Source of the DNA: Botryllus schlosseri
Taxonomy: Eukaryota
Assembly: GCA_051294905.1 (NCBI GenBank)
Contig: CM119383.1
Span: 7,440,001-7,504,000 of the forward strand
DNA length: 64,000 nt
Reading direction: 5' to 3'
The stretch's first letter is position 1. Each line of letters opens with the position of its first letter. The notes beneath the pieces were generated by a model. That model was not told where the DNA came from and did no database searches. It saw only the letters and a list, made by a program, of their open reading frames with translations. The translations under genes were made by a program, and so were the position numbers. Shown one piece after another: positions 1-12,317 of this stretch.

Positions 1-39
1 ATAGGTTGTTTTGAATAGCCGAGACATTATTGCAAGGTA

Positions 40-3000
40 CCTACCTGGCTTTTTGACTGAAATATGGTTGTAGCGATATAACTTTGGGCAGAAATGATTG
101 AGGAGGGCATTGAATGATTCACTTCCAGCAGTGTTTCCATTCGGCGATAGATGGCGTATGTCATTTTTCATTCACGTGGAGTAGAGAACATGGCAAATCC
201 TTTCATATGCCAATGAATCTGAAAATGGATTGTCATAATGGTAAACAACAGAATCAAAGATGCTATTCATTGTAACTTAAATTTAGGCCTATATGTATCA
301 TGTATATATGCAGAATGGAGCAGCTTGTTTCTTTTTGATACAGTCAAGTAGGCTATTTCATCTTCAAAGTATGTAACGGCATCTATATACACTACCCGTG
401 AATCAAAATCTGGAGTATGAGCAGTCTTGCTTGATTCTCAGTGTGCTACCTAAACCAGACTCTTGCACGTCCGACTCTGATTGACACATTGGACAATGTT
501 GAAAAATGCTCACCAGTTTATTTCTGTCCGCAATCACAAACTGGGTCTTGCTATTCTCCAGACATTCCTCTGAATCTGAATGCCTGCAAATCAATATCTT
601 GGTGAAGACTTGGTACAAATATGATTACACTGTTCAAGTACTCACTCTGACTCGCCATCCAACTCTGTTGGGTGGAAGCTATCATCACTCGACAGGGATT
701 GGATATCACTTTCAGTCTTCATAATCCTCTCCAACAATAGGGTTTGGACAGCGATGAAAAGACACTTTGGGTACCGAATATCGCGTATTCGAGCAACCAT
801 ACGCGACATCAGATGTACCTAAGTGCCTCATCTTCTTCATACCTCCCATATTCACAATCAAATCCAGTATCAAAATCAACCCCAACGCTGATAACTATCT
901 GTTTACCACACTGAGCTATACCAGGAGCAAAGTCACTCAACTATGACAAGTCGTCCGACTAATAAGCGCAATGTTACGAGAGTACTGGAGCGCAAAATGT
1001 TGCACAAAAGTCCGTCGGCGCTAACCTGCGGTAATGGAAATCCTTGCTTGCCGACCTTATATTTCGACTTTTAACGGTTATTTGTCGAGAATTATTTGGC
1101 TGTGTGTGATTTCAAGGATTGCAGTATGTATTTCAACGACATTAAAACGAAATATTTATAAATGGGTGACCCTCAAACGAAATATACCTCATATATGCTG
1201 CAATATCAATCTTGGCGTAGATCGAAAATATTACTAGTCGGGATGCAGGATTATTGCTGGTCATGACCGTCGAGTTTTACAGTCCACCAGCCGCACGAAT
1301 TCGATGACCTGGTATCATTGCCCAATGGAAGTGGAGTACTCACTGACTTGACAACCAACCTGCAAGCAGACAACTACCACCCTTCGCACCGGGATTTCCG
1401 ACTAGCCTCCACGTCTAAACACATGTCTGCAGTACCTTTTCTGCAATAGACGAGAACTTAACATGTAGAAACCTTATCTTCAAAGTCCTCAGATGTGAAA
1501 ATAAGTTATTTATTATTTTTCGTCTTATACCTGACCTTGCAGCACATTTCCAAGCATACTGCTTTCTCTCTCGTACGTTTCTCTTTAACAATTTTAAATC
1601 TGACAGCAAATTTACGGGTTCTTTTAATTTTAAATCTGACAACAAATTTACGGGTGCTTTCTGTGATGTATCCATGTAATTGGATGACACGAAATATGGG
1701 TAGTCCAATCCATTTTATTGAAATTTCCATCAGATCAAAACACCACAAGATTGCAATATAAGGAAAACGATTGAACAGTGCCTGAATGATTTGGATCGGT
1801 CATTTCAATCAGTCCCCCACCTTGACCAAGAGCATGTAAATAAGAGGCACAGTCCAGGAAAAGATAACAAAAAGGACTAGCAATAAAAATGTCGATATAT
1901 CATATCGCAGTCCTGCAGGCTGAATAGTATTCATTCAGTAGAAACAGCTTGCATGTAGGCCTGGACATGCTTGACGACTGCCGGTAATGTCCATTATCGG
2001 TAACGTCCATTCTCGGCAATGGCATTCTTGGTAATTACCATTCTCAGTAATGGTTTTCTCGGTATTGGTATAGGACCGGTTCATAGTGGGCTGGCTGCAC
2101 GAATATCGACCAGTGCACCACGAACAATTGGTGAATTGTCCAACCCGCCAGGGCCAGATAGTATAAGCCACTTCTGAGAGCGATTCCTTGCATTCATATT
2201 TCGAGTCAACAATTTGGGGTTCGCATGGAATATGGAATTGAGCTACCATCATCAGTTTCAAAAGAAGCGATGAATTCCGTTGATGTTGCATAATTCCCCG
2301 CATGCCGACCTGAATAAAAATATAACATACTAAATGAATAAATACACTAAAATTAATCTCGTACCAAACTAAATATATTTGCGAGTGCACCCTTTGAGGA
2401 CTGCCCAAACAAGAGAAAATCAAGGATGCGTTTTGCAGGCAACAGCAACTGCTTATGGCTACAATACAAAGTATGCTCGATATAGTCTAATGCCGGCTTC
2501 AACTGGTTTCCATGTAGGCTATGATTGGAAATTTCATTTATTGACAGATGTAATCATTTGAAAAATGCTCAAGGTCACTGATATTGACAAAGCACAACAA
2601 TACGATGAAAATGATATTGCCACTTCAAGAAATTCAGGCTTTGTGAGAACCCCCGACACTGTACCATGACCGAGGAGAAAAGACTAATAAGGTTTCCAAT
2701 GAGTAAAAGGTTGTGCAGCATCAAACAATGTCTTACCTGTGCAGTGTGCAACTGTCCTCGCAACATCATATGGTATCGTGATTTGTGATGGATGGTTGAA
2801 TATGCTTGACGGGTAACTCAAGGCTGATCTTAGATTATCAGCATATGGTATTTCATTCCAATCTGCAAACGGAATTATACAATGCTAAGCAATGGTACTC
2901 TTCAGCAGTATACAATTAAATCTTACCAGCCAGCCGCTTTCCACATCCGCACGAAGACTCATCCGAAACTACAGCAACCACCTTGAACGGTTTGTTAGAA

Positions 3001-3390
3001 AGCGAATAATTATTTCAAGAGTGATATTCCATAGTCTTCTCTCCATTGGTGGAATTCTCCCAGTGAAATCATATGCTGCATAAAATATGACCCATGATTA
3101 GGATAATATAAAGACATGAAGGATGAACCATGAACGTATCATATCTCTAGATCTCTATATTTGACATTTTTCGAACGCTACATGTACTACAGTAGACTTA
3201 CTACTAATACTACGGTACTGTACCTTTGATCCCACTTCTTCTGAAGTGACGACGTTGAGGATTGGATTTATTGGGAAGCGAAATAGAACAGGACAGTCTC
3301 TATCTGACACTATTTTGCTTCTTTCTTGAGCTATTCTTCCTTGATGCTTCATTTTCTTGACCTTCCACAGCACATCCAGTCATATTTGCG
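40..3390. mobile_element. Decayed, rearranged THAP-DDE (Kolobok-like) transposase fragments
   Basis: Minus strand ~3385-3270 gives broken THAP-like MTGCAVEG...LFRFP; 1500-1420 gives SGIRRKIINNLFSHLRTLKI; 618-430 gives FVIADRNKLVSIFQHCPMC...GSTLRIKQDC; 250-40 gives DIRHLSPNGNTAGSESFNALLNHFCPKLYRY. Plus strand 2420-2530 gives AYGYNTKYARYSLMPASTG, resembling the DSPG..AKY..YSLM catalytic block. Many stops. Family assignment is from remembered motifs only. Confidence 0.5.
1591..1660. repeat. Two-copy ~36-bp tandem repeat
   Basis: ttttaaatctgacagcaaatttacgggt followed by ttttaaatctgacaacaaatttacgggt. Confidence 0.7.
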
Positions 3391-3536
3391 CCGCGAACTC
3401 CAAATAATCCAACCCACAACGGCGTTCGCCGTAAGGCGCCATACTACATAACATCAAGTTGTGCAACATTTCTCGCTCCATGAAAATCAGTTCGGACGAC
3501 TTGTCATAGTTGAGTGACTTTGACCAGGAGTTTAGC

Positions 3537-4535
3537 TATAGATAACTACCTTATACTTCGTTTCCATGCTCGGCCGATGGGCCCATTTTCGAGAGACTCG
3601 GCCGACGAACGAGAGAATTTTGTTGCGCATTTACTGTGATGCACACCCACGTCGGCCGACTCGTCGGCCATCTAGTAAATCCTTCGGCTTAGCCCTTCGG
3701 CCATGCTTGCGCTGTGTCTTCGATTAGCTAATTGGTATTCGCTACTTACAATACACTTTTCGTATCAAATTAACCATGGCTGCACTCCGGACGGATCTTG
3801 GACGCCTTGAGAAACCAAGAATTATGATCGCAACGGAATTTAGTAGTACCGGTACTGCTACGAATTACCCGTAGGCTACCGAAATCTTCGCGATCTGATC
3901 ACATACGCTGCTGCCACAATTCGGAGGTTTGCGTTCTATGGGGCATGGATACAATACAAACTATACCGCTTGACCACAAACTAGGTGAACTTATTCACAT
4001 TCCCCTGGTAAGCAAATCATCGACAGGACACTGGACGTTCATGTCTGAATCATGACGACGAAACAGTAGTACCGGTAGACTACTGGAGAAGTTACTATTC
4101 TGTGCTCGAAATTATTGGACCACGACATCCCATATCTATATCCCCCACATACGAAGATATGCCACCAATTTTCATCTTTTATCCATCTTATTTTATCTTC
4201 TGTTAGTTTTAAGCAATTGGTTCATCGTGACCATTTTACATGTTGGATGCATTTCGTGTTCAAGGTCAAAGCGTGTTATTTGATTGAATGACCGCTACAA
4301 GTCTTTTCGGCTCATTCCTACCGAGTCATTTATCGCAATCTTCTGATTATTATGAAATTGTTACTGAGTAAGTAAGCCAAAAACGTCATCGCGATCGCTT
4401 CGCCCACCTAGTTCGGCCAAGTCACGGTTGGGTTACGTCTGCTCATGGAAACACGGCCGACATGTACAACGCATGCGTCATGGCCTTTCGGCCGACCGTC
4501 GGCCGAGCATGGAAACGAAGTATTAGTTATCTATA
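3537..4535. mobile_element. 27-bp micro-palindrome with 7-bp TSD, split by a nested MITE
   Basis: GTTTAGC at 3530-3536 and 4536-4542. Removing the nested element and one TTA leaves tatagataact-acctt-agttatctata (11-bp stem). Confidence 0.6.
3554..4522. mobile_element. PIF/Harbinger-type non-autonomous element (969 bp)
   Basis: Perfect 24-bp TIR tacttcgtttccatgctcggccga (3554-3577 / 4499-4522); TTA duplicated at 3551-3553 and 4523-4525. Confidence 0.75.
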
Positions 4536-4754
4536 GTTTAGCCGTGTCACTCACATGACGTCATTTCATAGCTGAATGATTTCATATCCGTTTTTCAGCT
4601 TTTCGATTTATAATTTAAATTACTTGAAAACTATCGTGTAATTTCAATTTTTATGATTTTATTCATATTCCTAACCACATAACGTACGATATAAGGCAAA
4701 GTCAATTTTAAGATGCTAAGATTAACTAAACATTTCTTTACAGCCAGACTGTTC

Positions 4755-4932
4755 AGAGTCAAGTGTACCTGTTTGATGCTGGTGTGATCAGACTAGATGA
4801 CCTTCACGGTCTTATCGATCATTCCTATCTAATACCAAATACTGTGCACGCATATTTTCTGTACCACCATCACTGCCGTTTGTTATGTATTTTGGTTCGA
4901 TGAAAATAAAGACTCTCTCTCTCTCTCTCTCT
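4755..4932 (+). mobile_element. Non-LTR retroelement 3' end with AATAAA-(CT)n tail
   Basis: Highly similar copy at 34508-34683; both end gaaaataaagac(tc)n. Confidence 0.65.
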
Positions 4933-5427
4933 GCAGTTGAGTAATGACTGATCTACACGCACCAATAAGCATTTGATTGGCAGCTAATAGCATATTTCTG
5001 AAATCAGAGTCTTCTATCTTTCGTTGAATAATAATACTAATGATAGCAATACGTTTCAATTGCTTGATCGCTTATCAGACAGTTTGTTATAGTGTTAATG
5101 TAACGGCTACACCCCACTACCGAGGCAGCGAGCAAAACGATACGGCGGTGCCGATCCCATATCATCATTCATTTTAAATGCGGTTGGTACTTGCCAGTGT
5201 TGCCACTACTCCGTTAGTCAATAGGCCTAGTCACTATATGATTCATCCGGTTTGTATGTTTTCTTCGTTATTCTTATTATAATTGAAATTGTATGTTTAT
5301 ATATACCACTGCTCTGAGATTGCTACAGGTATATTAAACTGTAAACATGAATTCAGCGACACATATTCCAATGTTAGCGTTACAGTTCTGTGTAGTTCAT
5401 AATAGGTAGCAACAGATTATCAAAACT

Positions 5428-6729
5428 ATGGCGAAGCTTCCAGGCTCCTGTGGCTATCCTTTTGTAAGTGACACGTCCATTGAATTCTACCGCAATCCGG
5501 AGGAATACATTTCGAAAAGGCTGCAGGAATCTTCTTCGAATATATTTCAGAGTCGCTTGCTGAACTACAAAACTGTTTTTGTATGCTCGTATGATGCTAC
5601 TCGTGAAATTTTAGAAGAGAAAGGGAGAGATTTTAAGCATGGATATCGTTCGTTCTTGTTCAATTCGTACGGAGACAATATACTGTTTGAAGACGGTGAA
5701 TCGGCGTCACACTTGCGGGGATGCATGCTTCCTATCTTTAATGACTTTGCCCGATATGAAAGCACTATGGAAAAACTTTGCAAGCAGTTTTTCTCGTCCA
5801 TGACTCCTGGAGACGGTGACAACGTAGTGATAAGCAATGTGTATGAAACATTCAAGACTCTGATGACAAAGCTTTGCCTACAGCTATTTTTGGGTTTTGA
5901 TGACGATAACTCAACAGAGTCGACTGAATCCATATCGGAATTGGCAACTTTACACTGGCATGGTATTATATCGGTACCTGTCAGTTTGAAGGTTCCGTTT
6001 GCTGGGGAAAGTGGTTGGAGTAAGGCTGTGGCGGCCAAGGATAAATTACTTGACATCATCAGGGACAAAATCATCATTGGGAAGACCAAAAGCACTGAAG
6101 CATGCAATAAATCCGTATTTTCCTCACTGCTAAATTTACCTTTCAAGAATGATCGCAAAGACATCGAACAGCACGTTTTGTTGTTTATTTCGGCTCTGAT
6201 TCCCAAAGCATTTTCCTCCATCATCACCTCCTTTATTATTGAAATGTCAGGAGAGGAGAGAGAGGATATGCGAGAAAAAGCAAGGACGGACGACTCGTTT
6301 CTTGAGAGAGTATTGCTGGAAGTGCAAAGACTCCGACCCCCCTTTTTCGGTGGTAGACGCATAGCAATTCGAGACACAAATATCGGCGGTTACCATGTAC
6401 CGAAGGGACATGCTGTTGTGTATGTGTCACATTTCGCTCATAGAGACGAAAAGGTTTTCAAAAATCCTGAGAAGTTTGACCCGGATCGTTGGCTCAACTG
6501 GGACGGGCCGCTGCTCGCTGCCGATAAAACCTTCACATTCGGTCGTGGTGAGAGACGATGTATCGGCCATAAATTGATTCATGACATACTATGGTATATA
6601 ACGAAAGAACTTCTGAAAAACTATGACTGGTCCAGTGTATCAACTCGCTCCGAAACACCATATAAATTGCTACCAGTCTCACGACCTGTCGAGGTGGTCT
6701 CTATGACATTTGAAAGGCACGGCGCATGA
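5428..6729 (+). CDS. Cytochrome P450, CYP16/CYP26-like, single coding exon, 433 aa
   Basis: ExxR (EVQR), PERF-like PEKFDPDRW, haem motif FGRGERRCIG. N-terminal LPGSCGYPF with no hydrophobic anchor. I-helix LLFISALIPKAFSS. Confidence 0.9.
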   Translation: MAKLPGSCGYPFVSDTSIEFYRNPEEYISKRLQESSSNIFQSRLLNYKTVFVCSYDATREILEEKGRDFKHGYRSFLFNSYGDNILFEDGESASHLRGCMLPIFNDFARYESTMEKLCKQFFSSMTPGDGDNVVISNVYETFKTLMTKLCLQLFLGFDDDNSTESTESISELATLHWHGIISVPVSLKVPFAGESGWSKAVAAKDKLLDIIRDKIIIGKTKSTEACNKSVFSSLLNLPFKNDRKDIEQHVLLFISALIPKAFSSIITSFIIEMSGEEREDMREKARTDDSFLERVLLEVQRLRPPFFGGRRIAIRDTNIGGYHVPKGHAVVYVSHFAHRDEKVFKNPEKFDPDRWLNWDGPLLAADKTFTFGRGERRCIGHKLIHDILWYITKELLKNYDWSSVSTRSETPYKLLPVSRPVEVVSMTFERHGA

Positions 6730-7338
6730 TAGACCGATGAATTTTGCGTTTCTGTGAACTTTACTGAGCAGCACCAAACTACAGGAAAACATTTTGGTAC
6801 ACTGATATGTCTTCCACTGTATGTCAAAAAGTGATGTTTTTCATGTTTGGGTACTGAACCTCTTACCCGACTACCACAAGCACCTCAGATATTTCACATA
6901 ATCATTATTTGGAACATTAATGATAGTTTTTGCATGATGCAACCAGCAGTTTGTCATCACTAACAGGATTAACGATGATTAACATAACATTTTTGATAGT
7001 GACCCAATTTTGATCTTGATAAAAAGCCACCTTCGATATTTCACATGATCATATTTACTACGGTAACAATAGTCTTTGTATGATGCAATTAGTAGCTTAG
7101 TCAATGCAATAAGTTCTTTTATAGTCAGTATTACCAATTATAAACCTTATTACCAACTCCTCTGTATCAGCTAATGAAAATTGCACTGTAAATCTTCATA
7201 TCTTAGTTCCGCAATCGCAGATAGTTGTAGCACTTTATAACCCTTATCAACAACTCATATATGTATCAGTTTGTGAAAATCGCACTGTAAACCTTCATAT
7301 TGCAATTGCAGATTATTGCAGCACTAACTTCTATCATA

Positions 7339-8007
7339 ATGGCAAACGCAACAACTATGGACGAAAAAGCCCTGGACGCTTCTGTGGAGGACTTGACAAC
7401 TCGCGCAAGGGAATTAAAAAGCGCTCTGGAACAATTCCTGATGAAGATAGAAAGAGAGCACGCGACCCTGACTTGGCCTTCCGTGTTGGACAGCTTCGCC
7501 TTGCTTTCGAGCCAAATGAGTTCACTATTCAACTTGTTGCAATCCGAAAAGGTCTCTCCGCTCCAAAATTATCCTGTCATACCGCTGCGTCTCGGCCAAG
7601 ATGAAGACAGGTACTTACAGACATTAACGGAAGGCAGACTCTCGTGCTTGAATCATTCAGTGGTTCCGGATTATCTGCGGACGAAAAGCATACCGGAGGT
7701 CGAGCAAATCGAGAAGCAGATTATGCAGGAAGGGAGCGCCACCAGCGACGCTGCCGTCAAAAATTTTAACAAATTGTGCGACCGGATGCTCGAGAAATTA
7801 AGAAATCCGCAGATGTTGCGTAGTGATCAACAATTCAAGAACGTGAAGCCGACTTACAATGTCAACGACACTTATCAACTGATTGCGGCAGGCAATTATG
7901 GAAAGGATTTGATTGGCGCCAGTCAACAGTCGCAGCTTCAGCCTGGAGCGAAGATGCAGCAGAACCCGAATGTTAAAATGCAAGCGCATCCTTACTCGAG
8001 GAACTGA
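7339..8007 (+). CDS. MED8: Mediator subunit 8, single coding exon (first ATG 7339)
   Basis: EKALDASVEDL...LEQFLMKIEREHATLTWPSVLDSFALLSSQM...VIPLRLGQDED..L..LTEGRL..LNHSVVPDYLRTK is the MED8 signature. Confidence 0.9.
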   Translation: MANATTMDEKALDASVEDLTTRARELKSALEQFLMKIEREHATLTWPSVLDSFALLSSQMSSLFNLLQSEKVSPLQNYPVIPLRLGQDEDRYLQTLTEGRLSCLNHSVVPDYLRTKSIPEVEQIEKQIMQEGSATSDAAVKNFNKLCDRMLEKLRNPQMLRSDQQFKNVKPTYNVNDTYQLIAAGNYGKDLIGASQQSQLQPGAKMQQNPNVKMQAHPYSRN

Positions 8008-8968
8008 TGGTTCGCCTTGTGACTCGAGGAATTAATGGTTCTCATCGTGATAACTTGTGTTTGATAACGATTGCGATAGCTTGTGCACATGGAAGACATA
8101 AGCCGCAGCTCCATACACAGTGGATGCTATCTGACTAGCCGCTCAGCCAGCTGAAGTTTGGAACCGATCTCATGCAGCAACATTTCTCAGCGCCTCGCAG
8201 ACACTGCATCAGTGAGCAGATTAAGGTGCACTCTGTTCAACCCATCTTCGTGTGCATTGCTGAGTTTTCCTGTGCCCAGATGTGGGAATATGTTGGCCAA
8301 ATATATAGATCTAGCTCTGTCTCTGAGACTAAGAGCATTATCATCAGGGTTGGATTATATGGATACTGGTTTAATATCTGATATCCGGATAAAAGATTGT
8401 CGTTGCTAATGCGTTTTACACTCTTTAGTAAGCTTTAATAAGTCGTATTATCAGTGTTGCGCGCAGCCAATTAGCGAGAAGCGTATTGCCAATTAGCGAG
8501 ATACGTCTGGCTAGAAGGTCGTTGAATTAGGTCATTGGTTGCCGCGCGCTTGGCTATCGTCACTGGTCTGATTTATCACGTCTTCAACAAGCCTATTGTT
8601 CCGATGGCTTGAAGAATTGCATCTGCACACTATGCCATCGCCAGCCTGCACAATCGCATGAGCATTGGCTTGGTGCTCACGATATTATCGCTGGTCTACA
8701 CGATCGCACCTGCAATAGGTCTGATGCGAAAGATATCATCGCTGGCCTAACGATCACGTCACGGGCCTACCATGTGCTGGCTCCTATCTCACGAGGGCTT
8801 GGAGACAATATGCCGTTAAGTGTATTTTGATTAAAGACTGAAATCGCGAAACTGAATGACATCGAATGTTCGCAAACATCGCGTGCGTGCAAGCGTAATT
8901 GATTTCTTCTGATACTACATTCGAAAAAAAAATCGAAACCCCTCCATTTCATTTGAAACACCCCCCAT

Positions 8969-9154
8969 CAATGTTCCCTCTAATTCTTGACGGGTCTGCG
9001 CACACTCACCAACTCACTGCGCAGACCCTTGGAAAACAGTGCGTAACGACTAAAAAAAAGGTCATCACTTCAGATTTTTTGTGCGCAGCTTAGATTTTCT
9101 GTGCGCAGAGACCGTGAAAGTACTGCACATTTGCGCAGATTAGAGGGAACATTG
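8969..9154. mobile_element. hAT-type MITE (186 bp)
   Basis: 16-bp TIR caatgttccctctaat; 8-bp TSD ccccccat at 8961-8968 and 9155-9162. Confidence 0.85.
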
Positions 9155-10753
9155 CCCCCCATCCCCCCCATATTTTTCGGCTGGCCGGACATCATGGCGT
9201 AAATTCCAGTATCAGCTACTCGTCCTTCCACTACTCCAAACCTAAACAGAAGAATGGCCATGAAAGGAATGTAAAGTCAGTGAAGCTTCCGGGAAACGAC
9301 CGGCCAACATTTGGACTCTCTACGAAGCGCTCCTTACTATTCAGCCCACTTCCGTGGAAGTACAAAGAGCATTCAATGCATGTAGACTCTTTTCTGAAAA
9401 ACTCCGGTCCCAGCTACAGTATGCCACAATTGATGCATTGTACTTTATAAGGAGGGCGTTGCAGAAGCAGTGAACATTAAATTTGCGTGATTTTTCTCGT
9501 ATTCTCTCGTACAGCGCGTCTACGTATAGATCTACAATAACACTGTGTTTGGAATTTACGATCCATTTTTCATGCAAACCTGGTGAAATCGATTGTCTCA
9601 CTTTGCAGATATTATCCGTTTAACCGGTTAGATAAATTGCAAATATACGGATATATCCGTCATCCGGATAGTGAAAATAATTGATATCCGAACTAACCCT
9701 AATTATCAGTGGCGTATCCAGGGGGGGTTTTAGGGGGTCGGAACCCCCCCTTTTCGAAATCCTAAAAATTGATGTAAAATATAGCCTCTAATATTTGCTA
9801 ATTTAGTAGTTTAACATATTCGTTTTTACGTATGAGAAGGCGAATATGGCGTGTTAATGTTATTTAAGGGTACTAAAACCCCTACCAAATCTTGGAATCA
9901 TGCGCCGAATTAGTCGAAAGCATAAAATAGGTCATTATATTTCGCTAATTCCAAACGAATTCTGCGCTTGTTCAGCTACATTTCAGCGGTAGTAGCTGAC
10001 GTTCTCAACTTTCTTCCCTCGATTTTTCTCTCGCCTTGCTAAAACGAGAGACGCATTTTAGGAAAATCTAATCTAATTGGCCGACTCGATACGTAATTGC
10101 AAAGACGAAGTTGTCGGCAATCAACATCGCCCGCGAATTCGCTGCACCTGCTCGCCTTGAAATCCTAATTAAGAATTCCACGGCGTGTTGATTGATCAGC
10201 GAGACGCAGACACGGCGGCACCAGTACGACAATGCTATTCTCAAATCCACATTGTCTTCGCGATTATTGGCGAGAAATGGTCTACGATTGACATTCACAT
10301 TTCAAAATACAAGCCTAGCAATCCACGTTGCCGAATGTTAGGTGGCTTGCTGGCGTCCGAATACAGGCTGTGTTGTCGCTGAACGGGAGAATTGAGTAGG
10401 CCTAGTAGTATAGTTATCGGCTGACAAGTTTCTCTGTCGATCAAGTTATTATCCCAGCGTGTACTTTGTATTAATTGACTGACTTGCGTACTTGCAATTA
10501 AGGTGTAATTACCTTCGCGTGTACTACACGCTCAGCCGTACGGCTAGTAAAGCCATCGAAAAGCACACATTCGTGTCGACGTACACTGTTCAGTGTTCAC
10601 ACCACACCTCTCTGTGGTGATTGCGATCGCCCTCGTTTATGCTACCGCCTTATTCCGCGCTTGTTCGTCCGCTGCGATACTACCGACCGTGCGCATAATA
10701 TCGTCAAAAACCAACAAAACCGCGCATCTCTGGCCGGAACTACGCGCTTGGAG

Positions 10754-12013
10754 TAGCGTTGGGACCCCGGGAAATCCCGATCCCGGGATCCCGGGATTTG
10801 AAGCAATCCCGATCCCGGGATTGGTCCCGATGAAATCCCGGGATTTGTGAACAGCATCTACCAAGGCTTATGTAGCGCCATATCTCTTATTTTGGTAATA
10901 AAGCAGTGTCACAAACTCGGCTGATTGTCTAGAACAGTGGCATCAAACACGCGGCCCGCCAGAACTGTTTTTGCGGCCCACGTCGGCGTTTTGACTTTTC
11001 AAGCATTCTACAATATTAAACTCGAAAATTTCAGATTTCGGGTTTGAGAACTTGAAATTTCATTCTGAAACCACTCCAAAAACCTGAATCGCTATCACAC
11101 ATCAAACGTCCACTAGCTGCTAAATTATAATGCGACAGCTTTTACGATGACACGATGCATTTGTCGTCTCGCATGGTTTCTAACTGTCTATATAACTCCT
11201 TTATGTCGCCAAATTATGCCAAGCACAACAATATTTTTAAAAAATATTGAAAAATATGACTTTTTCGTGGCAACCGTGAATATTACAATATTGTATTACA
11301 TTTTCACAATGTGTATGGAATGCCAATCTGCAAGGTCCGACAAAAAAGGCGTACTGGGAAATACATATTATACCCCTATTTGATGCTGCTGCCCGCCGCG
11401 TCATCAAAAACTACGAAATTGGCCCGCGATAAAATTAGAGTTTCGGACCCCTGATCTAAACGATGATACTCTTGATGCTCTTATGTTTTGCGTCAATTCA
11501 ATATCACAAGGACTAAATGTTATTTGTGTAACTTGTATGTCTATTTTACTACTTTTCTAATCTCGGGGAGTCCCGGGATTGAGGAGCGAAAATCCCGGGA
11601 AATCCCGATCCCGGGATTTCAAATTTGATCCCGAAGTCCCAACCCTACTTGTAATTGAGTCAAATTTGTTTTGCATAGTTTTTGAAGACAGCCCAACAAT
11701 GGCATGGGGTTGGCAGAAAAATTTGAAAAAAAAATTTTTTGAATTCAAAACTTCCAAACTCAACGAAACCCGCGAATATTGGTTGGAATGAATTCAAATT
11801 TGGTGAGCGTCGTTTTTTAAGGCAACTTAACGATTTTACAACGTACCCAGCAAGATTCAGGAAAAGAGGTTATTTTTGAACAGCCCTATTGTGTAGCTTG
11901 TATGTGTATTTCAATACTTTTCCAATCCCGGGAAATCCCGGGATTGAGAAGCGAGAATCCCGGGAAAATCCCGATCCCGGGATTTCAAATTTGATCCCGA
12001 AGTCCCAACCCTA
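10754..12013. mobile_element. hAT MITE with atcccggga subterminal repeats and a duplicated right end
   Basis: TIR tagcgttgggac / gtcccaacccta; 8-bp TSD gcttggag at 10746-10753 and 12014-12021; extra right-end copy at ~11525-11647. Confidence 0.85.
10935..11453. mobile_element. Charlie-like hAT MITE (innermost nested element)
   Basis: Ends cagtggcatcaaac / gtttcggacccctg with gcggcccg subterminal motifs; degenerate TSD gtctagaa / atctaaac. Confidence 0.6.
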
Positions 12014-12317
12014 GCTTGGAGACGGGCGGCGTTTGCTGGCTCATGACTAAATGTGAGCAATTACGAATTTCTTTCAATCATACCGTCAAAGAAACGCGAT
12101 TTTCGGGCAATGTCTGTATCGTATTCGTACATCTCCCACTCACCGCAAATCTCTTTTTATTATTAAACTATAGAATATCGTAAATATTCGCCATGGCGTG
12201 GATACGAGTAATTGTAATGATGACGTCATAATAGCCAATTTCGTAACGCAAAACCCCCCCCTTTTTCGCGCTCTGGATACGCGCCTGCTAATTATCACTA
12301 AGGTGATGTAAACATAT

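Larger units (their letters stand above)
9707..12287. mobile_element. hAT non-autonomous element hosting nested insertions
   Basis: TIR cagtggcgtatccag / ctggatacgcgcctg; 8-bp TSD ctaattat at 9699-9706 and 12288-12295. Internal 10150-10290 resembles a Buster/Charlie transposase C-terminus (DNVDLRIALS...). Confidence 0.8.

Noticed and set aside
5565-6377. 270-aa antisense ORF, plus other long ORFs antisense to SREBP, SERCA, CREBZF and HRD1
   Set aside because: Shadows of real genes on the opposite strand; no motifs of their own.
10593-12013. Regularly recurring atcccggga motifs and their ORFs, superficially CRISPR-like
   Set aside because: They are subterminal repeats of a TSD-flanked hAT MITE. 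There are no unique constant-length spacers and no cas genes, and the DNA is eukaryotic.
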